The notes: generated from the letters alone by a model not told the origin. 64,000 nucleotides of DNA from Eledone cirrhosa (GCA_964016885.1 OZ024753.1:42532001-42596000); one strand, 5' to 3'; positions 1 through 13,428 are shown, numbered from the stretch's first letter. Program-made: numbers and translations.

Positions 1-782
1 TGTATGTGCATTTATGAATATATAAAGTATGTATAAGTGGAATACTAAGTAGTTTACTATGAAACATAGTAGAAGCCATAAATATGTGAATAACTCTAAC
101 GGAGTAGTGTTTAACACAGACTCTCTGTCGCCCCCCCCCCCCCCTCTTACACTATCTCATTTCTCTCACCGACCTACTCTTTCTCTCTCATCTCTCTCAG
201 CTACTCCCTCTCTCTCTCTCACCGACTCTTTCTCTCCCACTCTCTCTCTCACACATCATTTAGTCTCCAGAACAACAAACAAAACATGTCAGATTGTTTG
301 CAGGATATTGGAGGCAATTAAATTCCAGACAAAAAAATGACATATATTTGAATGGAATTAGCATATTTGAAATTATTATTGGTTTTTCTTCTTATTTTAT
401 TAATTTGTAATTTTAATTAAGTAGAAGTTTCATTTTAATAAATGATCATCTCAACAACTTTTAATATTTAATTTGGAATGAAAAATATATCGTCTAAAAT
501 ATGTATCTATGACATTTCCTGGTTTTGTGGAAATTATTTTACACAATGTCAGCCACTGAACATCTGTTGCTATTATTAATTAATTCATGAAATTACTTTA
601 TATCAGCGGTTTCCAATATAAGGCCCGGAATATCTTTGGAATTAGAGACCCGTAGAGGTAGACCTGGGGTCCGTGAATAAAATATGTTCAAAATTTTAAA
701 GTACTTTGTCATAAATATAACATACATATACTATTGGGTATATATATATTGGGTATATTTATTTTTCTGTAACCATTTAGAT

Positions 783-928
783 CAGACATGAACACCCTTT
801 TTCGAGCAGTGGACCGTATACGGGGTGGCTCTTTATAAGGCGGGCCGCGCTATTAAAAAATTCAAGGCAATTTTGAAATTAGGCGTGCCATTCTGAAAGC
901 CAAACAGGCCGCAGTTTGCCCATGACTG
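783..928. mobile_element. hAT (Charlie-like) MITE with 8-bp target site duplication
   Basis: Imperfect TIRs CAGACATGAACA / TGCCCATGACTG, internal GCGGGCCGC and GGCCGCAGTTTGCCC typical of Charlie-type ends, exact 8-bp TSD ATTTAGAT at 775-782 and 929-936. Confidence 0.75.
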
Positions 929-2060
929 ATTTAGATGTTAACACAGCCAAACCCGACCCTGGTCGCATGGAACCAAATCACAAATTATAAAGGGATCCTA
1001 TTTATATAAAAAATCTTCCAACCCCAATTTATATAAAAACCATAGTTTAAGTTGCTATCTTAGTAACGAAATAATAAACGTAGTCTCCTGATATTCTTAG
1101 TTAAACCGAAATACAGTGTTCCTATTTAAGTTAAAATATTCCAATATAATTTTATGTGACTATCTGCAGTAATGACATAATTAATAATTGTAGTAAATCC
1201 CTAAAAAAAAAATTAATTAATTAATTGAAATAGAGTGGCATGGATGGACCAAAGGGTTTTAAGCTGCTTATAAAAAAACGAAATACACTGTTAAAGGGGA
1301 CACAAGGGGAAAGGAAAAGAGAAAGAAAAAAGAATTAAGCAACGAAAGAGAGAGTGTGTGTGTGTGGGGGGGGGGGGGGGGCAGACATGACAGCTTAATC
1401 TGAGCGGTGTTTCAGTGGCATAGATGAACCGTTGAATCAGCACATGATAGAGATAAGACCCGAATTTATGATCCTTCACTTAAGTCACTATCGTCTGTAA
1501 GGTTATTCCAATTTCTCGATAGAAAAATTCTTTTAAATAAAAAAAAAAAAAAAAGTGTGGATGATAAATTAATTCAACTGGTGTCAGTTGATATAAATGA
1601 AATAAATCTCTTACATAACGAAACATAAATTAATAGTTCAGTTTTGACTGCAGTTAAAAAAAGTCTCAGTTTTGTTCATTTAATGTATCGTCACCAGATT
1701 GTTATTTGAGTTGCAAATTCCGTTTTTTATTTTTTAAAATATATCCTACAGTGATTGCAGCTCCTATTACTAACGTTGTATGGCAGGGAACGTTAAAATA
1801 TTTCTGATATTCTTGGTTTACTGGCATAAGAGGGAGTCATTAAATGGATCAATAGTAATATTGAGATCTGTAGCTCCCTTTCCTATGACAACCACAAACA
1901 GGAAGAGTTACTCACAGTGAATAACTTCAAAGTTTTCTACGCCACCCCTAAAATTCTTTTAATCGTTTTTTTTTTTAAAAACAAAATTCGTTCGGTTTAT
2001 CAATAAAATCTTAATTTTACATTCCATTGCGTTAAGTATTATATTCTAACCGATAATTCT

Positions 2061-2221
2061 TTAACTCTTTCCTTACCATATTTCCAAAGACATTTAGTTA
2101 TTTTACTAAATCTTTCCAAATTTTTATTTTCAAACAAAATTATTTTAAAATCTTTCATTAGAAATGCGGTTAATGACATAGGTAGTGTCTATCATTAGAA
2201 ATGTGGCAATGAAAAGGTTAA
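2061..2221. mobile_element. piggyBac-like MITE
   Basis: TTAA at both ends; imperfect TIRs CTCTTTCCTTACCATATTTC / GAAATGTGGCAATGAAAAGG. Related ends near 15572-15620, 36455-36482, 36695-36725 and 36900-36935. Confidence 0.55.
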
Positions 2222-2527
2222 TCGGTGCAATCATCAATCTTTCCTCGAACACATACAGATAGTTCTTGTCTTACACACCACATACAAATAGTCACGCACA
2301 CACACAGACAGACACGCACACACACACACACATACACGCACAGACAGACACACACACACATACACACACACACTCACAAGTTTAGTTTTCAATTGATACA
2401 TTAAATTATTTACGAGGCCGTTGTGCTACCTTTCATAATAGTTCACACTTAATAAATCTGTTTCTTTGCGTTCTATAAAACTATATTTTCACACTGAGAG
2501 TTCATTATATAAATATCAGGTGTGCTG

Positions 2528-2640
2528 TAGATTGGCGGGTGACATTATTTAAGGTAACTAGTCGTTCTGAGTTCAAATCCCGCCTAGGCCAACTTTGCTT
2601 TTTATCCTTCTGCGTGTCAATAAAATAAAGTACCACAAAC
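2528..2640 (+). mobile_element. tRNA-derived SINE family 1, diverged copy
   Basis: B box GAGTTCAAATCCC followed by the family core GCC-AGG-AACTTTGC-TTT-ATCCTT...AATAAAATAAAGTACC. Confidence 0.65.
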
Positions 2641-2754
2641 AATCAGGTGCTGACGTAGATGTAACCGAACCCCTTCCCCTCAGTTGCTTTGTTTTTCTTC
2701 TTTTTTTTTTAAATGATCAACAAGATCGCAGACCCCACTCGCTTACCGAGTGGG

Positions 2755-2876
2755 GGTGGATCTCGACGTGAAATAAAGTGGCTTGCTAAAGAACACAACA
2801 CATCGAGGTCCGAGAATCGAACTCACAAACTCACAATTGTGAATCCAATTCCCTAACCACTTAGCCACGCACCTTA
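2755..2876 (-). mobile_element. tRNA-derived CORE-type SINE (family 2)
   Basis: Minus strand reads GTGGCTAAGTGG (A box), GAGTTCGATTC (B box), then TGTGTTCTTTAGCAAGCCACTTTATTTCAC, resembling the CORE domain. Confidence 0.65.
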
Positions 2877-3648
2877 ACGATTACTTCAATTGTTGGCTTT
2901 GTGTCTAAATGAGAAAACACTATGTGTATATCAGCAACCGAGTGTTTTCTAAAGAATTAAAAACAACAACAACAATGAAAAAGGTAAAAAGTAAATGAAA
3001 TAAATACTTTTATAGATTCATCTTTCAACAATCGGTCTTTCAGTATTTGGTATTTCAACATTCCGAGGCAGATGAAATAATTATTATAAATATATTCATG
3101 TCAAATCATTCCTTTCTCTTATCAATATTTATTTGTTCTTCGTCCAACAAAACCATATGAAAATAGTTTTATTGTCTTATTATTTGGCTGCAACTTCGCT
3201 GAGCGTGGGAAAAACAATCAGAAAAAGTATTACCTTCAATACTTTTAACACCTCTCTATGTTGATAACACGTTTCAATCAGGGCAAACAAGCATCTACTG
3301 CTACTGGGTGGCCAATTGGCAGAGTCGTTAGAATGTCGGCATTAGTTACAGCTCTCTTAACTCTCAGCTCTCAATTGAAAATAATGTACCTATCAGATAT
3401 TGGAGTCGATTCTTTCCTTTGTTTTCTCTGGAAGAACTCGCACACACACACATGTATGTATGTATGTATGTATGTATGTATGTGAGCAAAGGCACTGCAC
3501 AAAGCCAGCCCCACTCTCTTAACCAAGATGATATTTACCAAAAAGAAGAACAAGTCAACACGGCACAGGCATTGCTTTATATCTGGAGATCTCTCTGCAC
3601 TTGTCATCACATGGTACCATGGGCCCAGCACTATGTGTCAATAATTGT

Positions 3649-3862
3649 CACAAGTGTAGTGTTTGTCCCAGAGTTTTCAAGTCGCTGGCTGGACTAAAAA
3701 GTCACACTTGTTTAGCGGATCGGTAGGGGTTCTCCTACATGGATATAAAGTAGTGGCCGTACTCGAAAACGAGTTGGCAGCCACCATGTATGTATGTATG
3801 TATGTATGTATGTATGTATGTATGTATGTATGTATGTATGTATGTATGTATGTATGTATGTA

Positions 3863-3868
<6 letters not shown>
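3649..3868 (+). mobile_element. RTE-clade LINE 3' end with C-terminal zinc-finger motif and (TATG)n tail
   Basis: Translates HKCSVCPRVFKSLAGLKSH (CxxCxRxFxSxxGLxSH, typical of RTE ORF ends); the tail GGCCGTACTCGA...GCAGCCACCATG(TATG)n recurs at 4544-4590. Confidence 0.6.
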
Positions 3869-3934
<66 letters not shown>

Positions 3935-4979
3935 CTGGTTTTATAATTTCACAAAGTTTTACCAATAGAGAGAGAGTCGGTTTCTAACATAGACACAAGA
4001 CTCTCTCACTGGAATTTACACAACATCAACTAGGTAGATATGTATGTATGCATGTGTAGATATGGATGTTATTGTATGTGTAGATGTGTATGTTTTGAGT
4101 TGTATGTGTGCATGTGTATATGCTTTGCATCTGTACATGTGTATATGCAGTTATTAGATGCAACATTTTTGGAATGTTTTACATATTTTTACTGTTCCAT
4201 TAATGCAGGTTTTATGTATGTATGTATGTATGTATGTATGTATGTATGTATGTATGTATGTATGTATGTATGTATGTTAAACCACTGAGTGAAGGACCCC
4301 TAGCCTTTGTCAGGGCATTCTTCTAGAAGGCAACTCAGGAAACTGGGATAACTCCGATATAAAACCTGCAGCTCAGTAGTTACCGATGATGTTGATCTTT
4401 TCTTCTTTTCGGGTTATAGCTACTGTCTCTCAGAGAGTGGGATTGGCTCAGTGCACAGTCTTTCTTCACTTTAAAAATATCTTTGCGCACAGGCCTTGTA
4501 CGATAGCATTAATTGATAATTACTAATAATGGTATATCGTGCAATGGCCATACTAGATAACGAGGGGGCAGCCATCATGTATGTATGTATAATCAAGATG
4601 TATAAAATGCAGTAAGGCGGCGAATTGGTAGAGTTGTTAGAACATCGAATTAGAATGCCGCCGAGGTCAACTTGGATGTGTCAGGTCAGAGTATTGCCTA
4701 CAATGACCAGGCATGCGGAGCCGTCTTTGCCTGATCTTTTCAATGACTTTTGGCAGCTCTCCATAAAGGCATTTATTTCTCATATGTTGCTGTCACCAAC
4801 TAAAGAATATCTGGCACTCTAAACTGCCTAGAAGGATCAAGACGAAACTGTTCCTTGCAACTGTTAAATCCATAGTTTTGTAGGTCAGTGAAACAAGGAC
4901 ACTTACTGAGAAGTTAGCAAACGGGATAAACGGCTTCTAAACAATGGCCTACTACGAATTTTTATTTTATTTTACTAAC

Positions 4980-5235
4980 CCAGGTACTGCTGCACATCGG
5001 GCGGAGGAGGCCAAACTCTCCAAGTACCGGTCGCTCCCCGACAGGTTTGCGGTCGTGCCCTTGGCAGTGGTGGCTGTTAGTGTCGTTGGCCCTAGGGCTA
5101 CCTCCCTACTCACCACCATAGGCGCTGAGCTGGCCAGCTGCAGGTGTGAGCCTGGCGAGTTGGAATGGCTCTTCCAGCGCATCTCCCTTACCAGCCTCCG
5201 GGGAAACGTCTACTCCATCCTGTCCGCCGGGGCTG
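4980..5235 (+). mobile_element. CRE-like non-LTR retrotransposon, C-terminal RLE endonuclease fragment
   Basis: GC-rich island encoding GTAAHRAEEAKLSKYRSL..RFAVVPLAV...GP.A..LL..IG..L......E.EWLFQRISL...RGNV.SILS, matching the AE..K..KY / PxAVExxG / LFQRxSxxxQRGN pattern of CRE-clade RLE domains. Confidence 0.75.
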
Positions 5236-5652
5236 TGGTGGAGGCGCCAGCACGTGGGACCCCATTTGCTCACCATAGGCAAAGTTATAAACTACGAATG
5301 GCCTAATGATGTAGATTAGTGAATTAGAACAAATACCAAGACGTTTGCAACGACTCTGCCAGTTTAAAGCCTTATATGGTAGTATTACTACTCTCGAATA
5401 TTTATGCGAGATTTAAACGTTATTCTCATAGATTCCAATTGCGTTTCCATGCATCTCATTGAATATTCTTTGCAACTGAACGGATTCCTATTCGGTGGTT
5501 ATATTGTTGCTGTATGTTCTTGTGACGACATTATATTAAATACTAAAGGTTCCGGTGTAAATATCAGTGAATATATATGGAAGACACTCTATGAATATTT
5601 AATATGCTTGTAGAGGGAATATAAAAATGATATATTATGTAGGTGAGCAAGG

Positions 5653-5770
<118 letters not shown>

Positions 5771-6008
5771 GAAAGAGAGAGAGAGTGTGTGTGTGTGTGT
5801 GAGGGAAAGAGAAAGACAGGGAGAGAGAGAGAGAGAGTGTGTGTGTGAGTGAGGGAAAGAGAGAGAGAGTGTATGGTGTGTGGATGTGTGAGAGAGAGAG
5901 AGTGACGTGTGAGAGAGAGAGTGACGTGAGAGAGAGAGTGTGTGTGTGTGTGTGAAGGAGAGAGACAGAGAGAGAGAGAGAGAGAGTGTGTGTGAGAGAG
6001 AGTGTATG

Positions 6009-6041
<33 letters not shown>

Positions 6042-6264
6042 TATCGTGAGAGAGAGAGAGAGAGAGTATCGTGAGAGAGAGAGAGAGTGTGTAGGGAAGA
6101 GGTTTTCTTTCAAAATTGTTATATTGAAAACACGACTGTGTTCCAGTTTGGTTAAAGAAAAATGACTTTTAAATATTTCTTTATTAGTTATTTGTGTTAG
6201 GTTTAGGAGAACAGCGTTCCTGGTTGCGTTTCGAGACTTTTACAGACTCATTTTCAGAATAAGA

Positions 6265-6460
6265 ATAGTTTTTGATTTAGGCACATGGCCAGCAATTTAA
6301 AGGGAATGGGAAAGTCGATTAAATCAATCCCAGTGCGTTACTGATACTCTATTATATCGAACCCCCGTAAGGATGCTAGGCAAAGCTAACCTCGGCAGGA
6401 TTTGAACTCAGAACGTAGATGGACGTAACTTAATGCCGCAAAGTATGTTGTCCGACGCAT
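6265..6460 (-). mobile_element. SINE family 1 copy (partial copy also at 6606-6706)
   Basis: Matches consensus GGCACAAGGCCAGCAATT...TATCGACCCCGTAAGGATG..AGGCAAAG.TAACCTCGGC.GGATTTGAACTCAG on the + strand. Confidence 0.75.
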
Positions 6461-6785
6461 CTTTCAGAATAAGAATGGTGATATTACAGCTACTGCTAAA
6501 CAATATGTCAGCAGCACGCCACCAGTATGACCATTCTGATTCTGAAGATACGGTTGTGAAGAACAAGAAGCGTTCGTAGTCTTGGATCTAAGAACCTTGT
6601 TCCAAATAATTGTTTCTACTTTAGGCACAAGGCCAGCAATTACCCAGTATATTACTGGTACTTTATTTTATCGACCCCGTAAGGATGAAAGCAAAGTCAA
6701 CCTCGGAAATAATGATTATATATATATATATATATATAATGTGTATGAATGAAACAGTTCTAGTCCTGTAGAAGCTATTTCTATG

Positions 6786-6891
<106 letters not shown>

Positions 6892-7490
6892 TGTTATATA
6901 ACCTTCTCATTTAATAGAGCAGGATTTAAAGACAGCCTTCCTTGTATATAAAAAGACGGATATTTTAAAATTCTGTTCTATTAAACGAGAAAGATATAAA
7001 AATAACTGAGATAAATTTAAATTTCTTGAAAATTCCATTTAGTAGAATATATATGGACTAAAGTCACACTGGTACATCGATGATAAGAGAGACAAACATA
7101 CATGTGTTTGATGACTAATTGAAATACATCTGTTTTACACAACCTCATTTACTTCTATACATCTGCTTTACAACATCAAATACTTTAAACCCCTCCAAAA
7201 CCCCATAGCCACCCAATTTAGCTATTTTCAGCTTTTTTTTAACTTGTAAATCTAAACACTGGCAATCTTAATACTATTCTCACTCCTGTTAATGCTCCGC
7301 TGAGAAAATATAAATAGGAAAAGATGACTAATCCGACTAACAAACAGACTGAATGATAAAAGAGAAGGTTTTTGATAACAAATTTCTACTGATTTGTAAC
7401 TAATTATCACTCCCGGATTTACGTGTGGGCTACGTGGGTTACAACCCAGAGAGACCCCGGCCATATATATATTTATATATATATATATAT

Positions 7491-7867
7491 AAGTTTGTCC
7501 CGGGTTGAATCGGGGGTAACCACAGTATGTAAGGTACTCAATACAAAGCAGAGTATAAATATTTAATGTAGAAAGGCTTCTACAGGACTAGAATTGTTTC
7601 ATTCCGGAGAAATCATTAGGAAGGCACCACTCACCAACAACCTATTTCAACCATTTGAGGAAGACCTCTTCAAGATGGTCAGCGATATTAAATTTCGTAG
7701 AGCCAAAACACCATTCCAGGCCTACTAAAAAATGAAAAGTTCCCCCAATCTCCGATAAAACCCAAAACGTATATGAGGTGGACCTAGCGACCTATAAAGC
7801 GGCTTCCTCGTGATTTCTCCAGAATGAAACAGTTCTAGTCCTGTAGAAGCCTTTCTACATTAAATAT
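7491..7867. mobile_element. Penelope-like element relic (family A): inverted hammerhead-bearing repeats around an RT ORF fragment
   Basis: Inverted repeat 7559-7625 / 7801-7867, each a hammerhead with a mutated core (CUAAUGA, CUCGUGA). The interior (+) encodes QPFEEDLFKMVSDIKFRRAKTPFQ and, after a frameshift, DKTQNVYEVD, resembling the FExDL..IxFR / ADKxxNxY region N-terminal to PLE RT. Confidence 0.7.
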
Positions 7868-7918
7868 ATATAAATTTGTTTTGCAAGGTTTTTGATATGA
7901 AATCGTGTGTCGAAACAA

Positions 7919-8033
7919 ATATTGTTATACTTGGGGAGGGTCATTGTTATAATATTGCCAGAAATAATAACAGAACACTATGTTCTGTTATTATTTCTGG
8001 CAATATTATAACAATATGACCCTCCCCAAGTAT

Positions 8034-8041
<8 letters not shown>
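7919..8041. repeat. Near-perfect ~120-bp palindrome abutting (TA)n
   Basis: ATATTGTTATACTTGGGGAGGGTCATTGTTATAATATTGCCAGAAATAATAACAGAACA, loop CTA, then its reverse complement with a 2-bp indel. Confidence 0.9.
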
Positions 8042-8856
<815 letters not shown>

Positions 8857-9174
8857 CACTCTTAATGGTTTTAGACAGATAGATATATATATAAACTTGA
8901 CCCAGTAATTGACTGATAATTATTTCATCGATTTTTCAAAACGATGAAAGGGAAAATTGACGCCGAAAGAATTTCCTTTCCGAAAGTCAAGAGACGTAGT
9001 AAAAGATGAGAAATCCTATCGTTTGATACTCCATTGGTTCCTCTACCCCCCTCTTCTGTCTAAGAAACCGATAATTCCTAAGTTGAAGGATTCACGGATG
9101 ACGTTTCAATGTAATTCCTCATCGAAACTTTGGCGAAAGCGGCGTTAAAACGCGGCAAAACCCTATCCATAAAT

Positions 9175-9642
9175 ATAATTGTTTCTACTTTTGGCACAAG
9201 GCCAGCAATTATCCCAGTGTATTACTGGTACTTTATTTTATCGACCCCGTAAGGATGGTAAGGCAAAGTTAACCTCGGCGGGATTTGAACTCAGACCATA
9301 AAGGGCCGTAACTCTTTGCTGCAAAGCATGGCGTCCGACCCTCTACCGATACTGCCAATCCATAAATATAATAATTGTTTCTACTTTAGGCACAAGGCCA
9401 GCAATTATCCAGTGCATTACTGGTACTTTATTTTATCGACCCCGTATAATAATTGTTTCTACTGTTGGCACAGGGCCAGCAATTATCCAGTGTATTACTG
9501 GTACTTTATTTTATCGACCCCCGTAAGGATGAAAGGAAAAGTTAACCTCGGCGGGATTTGAACTCAGAATTTGCAAGGGCCGTAACTCTATGCGTCAAAA
9601 CATGGTGTCCGACCCTCTACCGATACTGCCAATCCACTCACC
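9175..9642 (-). mobile_element. Tandem SINE family 1 copies (two full, one partial)
   Basis: Units at about 9175-9361, 9370-9445 and 9447-9642. Minus strand has A box TGGCAGTATCGGTAG, B box GAGTTCAAATCCC, a central GAGGTTAACTTTGCCTTTCATCCTTACGGGGTCGATAAA domain resembling the MetaSINE domain, and an (ATT)n-type tail. Confidence 0.85.
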
Positions 9643-9870
9643 ATATAATAATGGAACTTATTAAACAATACCTAAATCAAAGAAAGATGTAGAATTACTT
9701 TTGGAGGCAATGGTGTCCAGCATGGATCCATTAGATAAAAATAATATAACCAACAAAAGCAAATTCTTACGAGGAATATGACTCAGCTTAGAATTCGTGA
9801 AAAATTGAAACTTAATGATTTAATTGTACAGCTGTTGTTGGTTATTCAAGGAGTGTATAAATGAATGTGT

Positions 9871-10007
9871 GAAGGCGAGTAACCTAGTGATTAGTGTGCG
9901 CGGCTCACGATTGTAAGGTCGTAAGTTCGATTCCTGAACCGTGTGGCATGCTGTGTCCTTGAGCAAGTCACTTTACTTCACGCTGCTCTAGTCCATTCAG
10001 CAGGCAA
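9871..10007 (+). mobile_element. CORE-type SINE (family 2)
   Basis: A-box-like AACCTAGTGATTAG, B box AGTTCGATTCC, CORE-like TGTGTCCTTGAGCAAGTCACTTTACTTCAC. Confidence 0.75.
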
Positions 10008-10256
10008 CCCATAAAACATTTGCATTAACAAACCCATTTTTAGATATTTTCTGCGAAATCATTACATGATGTTCAGAATTGATTAACAAGCAAGCATGTC
10101 TATGCATAATTATTTTTAGCATAAATATTAAAGTCTTTATTCTAATATTGTAAATTTTCCCCACGATCTATCCACGAGTAAAAATACTATAGGTATTTGA
10201 ATTAAAAATCCCATTTAAAAATATCTTCTGCTAAATTATTACAGGATGTTAAGAAT

Positions 10257-10451
10257 TACGATATATATTTCAATATAAGTCGAGAAATATGTGACCAAAA
10301 AATCGATGGTAAAATGGGAAGAGGTTGGCTTATATACCGCCATCTAAACAATGTCTTGATTAACTGACCCCATTCGTTTATAAATGGGGTTTGGATTTTC
10401 GCCCTATTTCTCTGACATGAAATAGGAGCAGGCTTATATTCGGGTCGACTT
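10257..10451. mobile_element. Tc2/pogo-like non-autonomous DNA transposon
   Basis: Right end GGTCGACTTATATTCGAGTATATACGG-TA mirrors left TA-CGATATATATTTCAATATAAGTCGA; repeated GGCTTATA subterminal motifs. Confidence 0.55.
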
Positions 10452-11699
10452 ATATTCGAGTATATACGGTAAGTTGAACTATAATAATAATAATAATAGT
10501 AATAATAATAATAATGGTTTCTTTATTGGCCACAAGGGCTAACAAGAAGAAAAACATTACAGACGGCACAGAACGGTACAGGACGATACAAAGTGGGTTT
10601 TGGCCGCGTAAACAGGTTATAACAAGATAGAAATCGGGATAGAAATAAAAAGAAATTCAAACAACAAAAATTTCCCCCAAAAGGAGGAATGATAATCGGA
10701 ATTTATTGTGTTTCGAGAAACAGCATTATTTCAAAGCCATCTCTTGCTGTCATGTAGTTTTCATTAAAGCAAGAAGCACCAAATTCTTCACTTTATACAC
10801 TTATTCAAAGAATTGAGGAGGTTTAGCTCATTAAATTTCAGTTTGATATCTCCAACCCTTCTTCCTTGAAATGAAATTTAAAATGAAAATGTTAAACATG
10901 TCTTGATTCTTTTAAACATTATATTGCAAGATAACACATTAAAAATACTCTAAGTGTGTGGAGTGGGTGCTGAAGAAATCGATATTAATTTTGATATAAA
11001 ATAGAAGCAGCCTTGATATTATTCTATTTAATACAATTAAATTTTCGACATAATCTAGGAGGTAACGGTAATGGTGATGGGTTGGAAGTAAGAGAAAAGT
11101 CAAATTTATTATGTCTGATGTCTCGAAGCCCGTTATTATTCAACAATTACAGGAAATCAAACGATGTTCACCCAAAAATGAATAGGAGAACCGCAAAACA
11201 CATCAGCTGTTTCACTACTTCCGTTGTCAGTGACTATGGCCTGCAGTAATCGAACATCAAAAGCAATTCGTTTAAATTGAATTTAAAAGTAGAAAGTATT
11301 AAAAACTATTAAAATGAGTTTCCATTGAGGAGGTGGTTGTGGTCTGTGTGGTGGGAAAGGCGGGGTGATTGGATCAAGAGGGGAAAGGAAATTCAAAGAG
11401 TAAAATTAATTTCGTACTCCCCCTCCTCTCACCCACCCTTCACTCCTTATATCGGTTCAATATGTATTTGAAATAGATCGATATCGTTTATTTTATTTTA
11501 TTTTTTATTTTTTTTAGAAATTAAAGGTTTTGATTAATTATACCAGTTGTATCTGCTGTCATATTTAATGTTATATGCTTCCGGGTGTCATTTTGGCGGC
11601 AACTAATTCCTTGTTTTGTTGTTACATGACATGATGTGTAATATTATTGCACCACCACCACCACCACCACCACAACCACCACCACCACCACCACAACCG

Positions 11700-11743
<44 letters not shown>

Positions 11744-11892
11744 CATATGGTAATATCAACAGAACACAACCACATAAATCATATAAATCATTTTTCAGTT
11801 TCGTTGGTTCGTCGATGTTTTCATTTTTTTTTTCATAAAAAGTGAAATATTGAAGTGTCTTCATGTGTCCATTTGAACACACACACACACAC

Positions 11893-12006
<114 letters not shown>

Positions 12007-12402
12007 CTAATATAAAATGAAAACCAAGTTTGCTATTCCAAATTCATCTTTCATATCAACAATTGTTTCTGTAGAGATAAGTGCGGTGTCATCTCTAATA
12101 ACGTATTGAGGTCGATAAATAAATTACTAGTTTTTATAATGGAATCGAATCTTACTCTATATAAATTCTTACTTCCTTTCTCTCGCTTTGCTCACACACT
12201 TTCTTTGAAAGAAATTAATTGTTTTCAGACCTGGAGAGAAATAGGCTCCGCCAGGGTTTTAAAATGAGTGTGTGTTAGAATATTTATTCAAAACATCGTA
12301 GTGTTTAAGATATTACCACAATAACTGAATGAGCGCTCTATAATGGTAGGTAGGGTGTAAACAGTTTATTTTCTTAGTAGAAAAGTGTAAGTTCACTAGT
12401 GA

Positions 12403-12493
<91 letters not shown>

Positions 12494-12602
12494 GTTATAT
12501 CGATGTTTAGGTTCACTTCTGTGCCGAGGTGTAGAGCTAGACAGAGTATATTATAAAATAAAGTAAGGACGAGTGGTTATACTTTCATTACATTTATTGG
12601 TT

Positions 12603-12687
12603 GGTGACGCGCGTTTCGCCACTGATCAGCTGAAGGTTCGATCTGTATCGATCTAGCCCGACTCTGTAATCCACGGCTCGTCAGACC
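12603..12687 (-). ncRNA. Type I hammerhead ribozyme (PLE-type)
   Basis: Minus strand: GGU CUGACGA GCC(G)...(U)GGC GAAA CGCGC GUC ACC. Intact core, GUC triplet, palindromic CGCGCG stem III, long stem II, short 3-bp stem I. Confidence 0.7.
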
Positions 12688-12695
12688 CCCTTTTA

Positions 12696-12747
<52 letters not shown>

Positions 12748-12834
12748 TTTATAGACGCTCCCTACACTTTTCTTGATATTATACATGGAAATTGTGTGAG
12801 TGAAATTTCGAGTTGAAAACTAATTTCATTATTT

Positions 12835-12972
12835 TTTACGTCCCTTAACGGTCTGAGTTCAAATCCCGCCGAGGTTGACTTTGCCTTTCATCCTTACGGG
12901 GTCGATTAAATAAAGTACCAGTAATGCACTGGGGTAATTGCTGGCCTTGTGCCTAACGTAGAAACAATTATT
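12835..12972 (+). mobile_element. SINE family 1 copy (5'-truncated)
   Basis: GAGTTCAAATCCCGCCGAGGTTGACTTTGCCTTTCATCCTTACGGGGTCGATTAAATAAAGTACCAG...GTAGAAACAATTATT. Confidence 0.85.
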
Positions 12973-13037
12973 TTTTAATTTAAGGTTTGATGTTGTTTCT
13001 GTCTACATGAAAGTATCCCATATGTTATATATACATG

Positions 13038-13156
<119 letters not shown>

Positions 13157-13181
13157 ATGTATATATATATAAATATATACC

Positions 13182-13235
<54 letters not shown>

Positions 13236-13240
<5 letters not shown>

Positions 13241-13427
13241 AGTAAGTAAGACCCCGACGGCTGAGCTCAAGCCGTTTCGACGGCTAATTCTGTACTGAAT
13301 TAGCCGTCGAAACGGCTTGATCTCAGCCGTCGGGGTCTTACTTACTCCTATTACCCACTCTACTACCCTAAGTATTGAGTACTTTGCTGCGTTATGGTCC
13401 ACCTGGTTCCTTACCACTTTTCCCTCG

Positions 13428-13428
<1 letters not shown>
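13236..13428 (+). mobile_element. Fold-back PLE-like relic (family B) in (TA)n
   Basis: 55-bp arms 13236-13290 / 13297-13351 (one mismatch) plus a unique 3' tail; the right arm carries a hammerhead 3' half GAAAC GGCU..AGCC GUC; (TA)n on both sides. Confidence 0.8.

Noticed and set aside
9095-9130. Minus-strand CGAUGA...GAAAC GUC motif
   Set aside because: Core altered and no stem I pairing.
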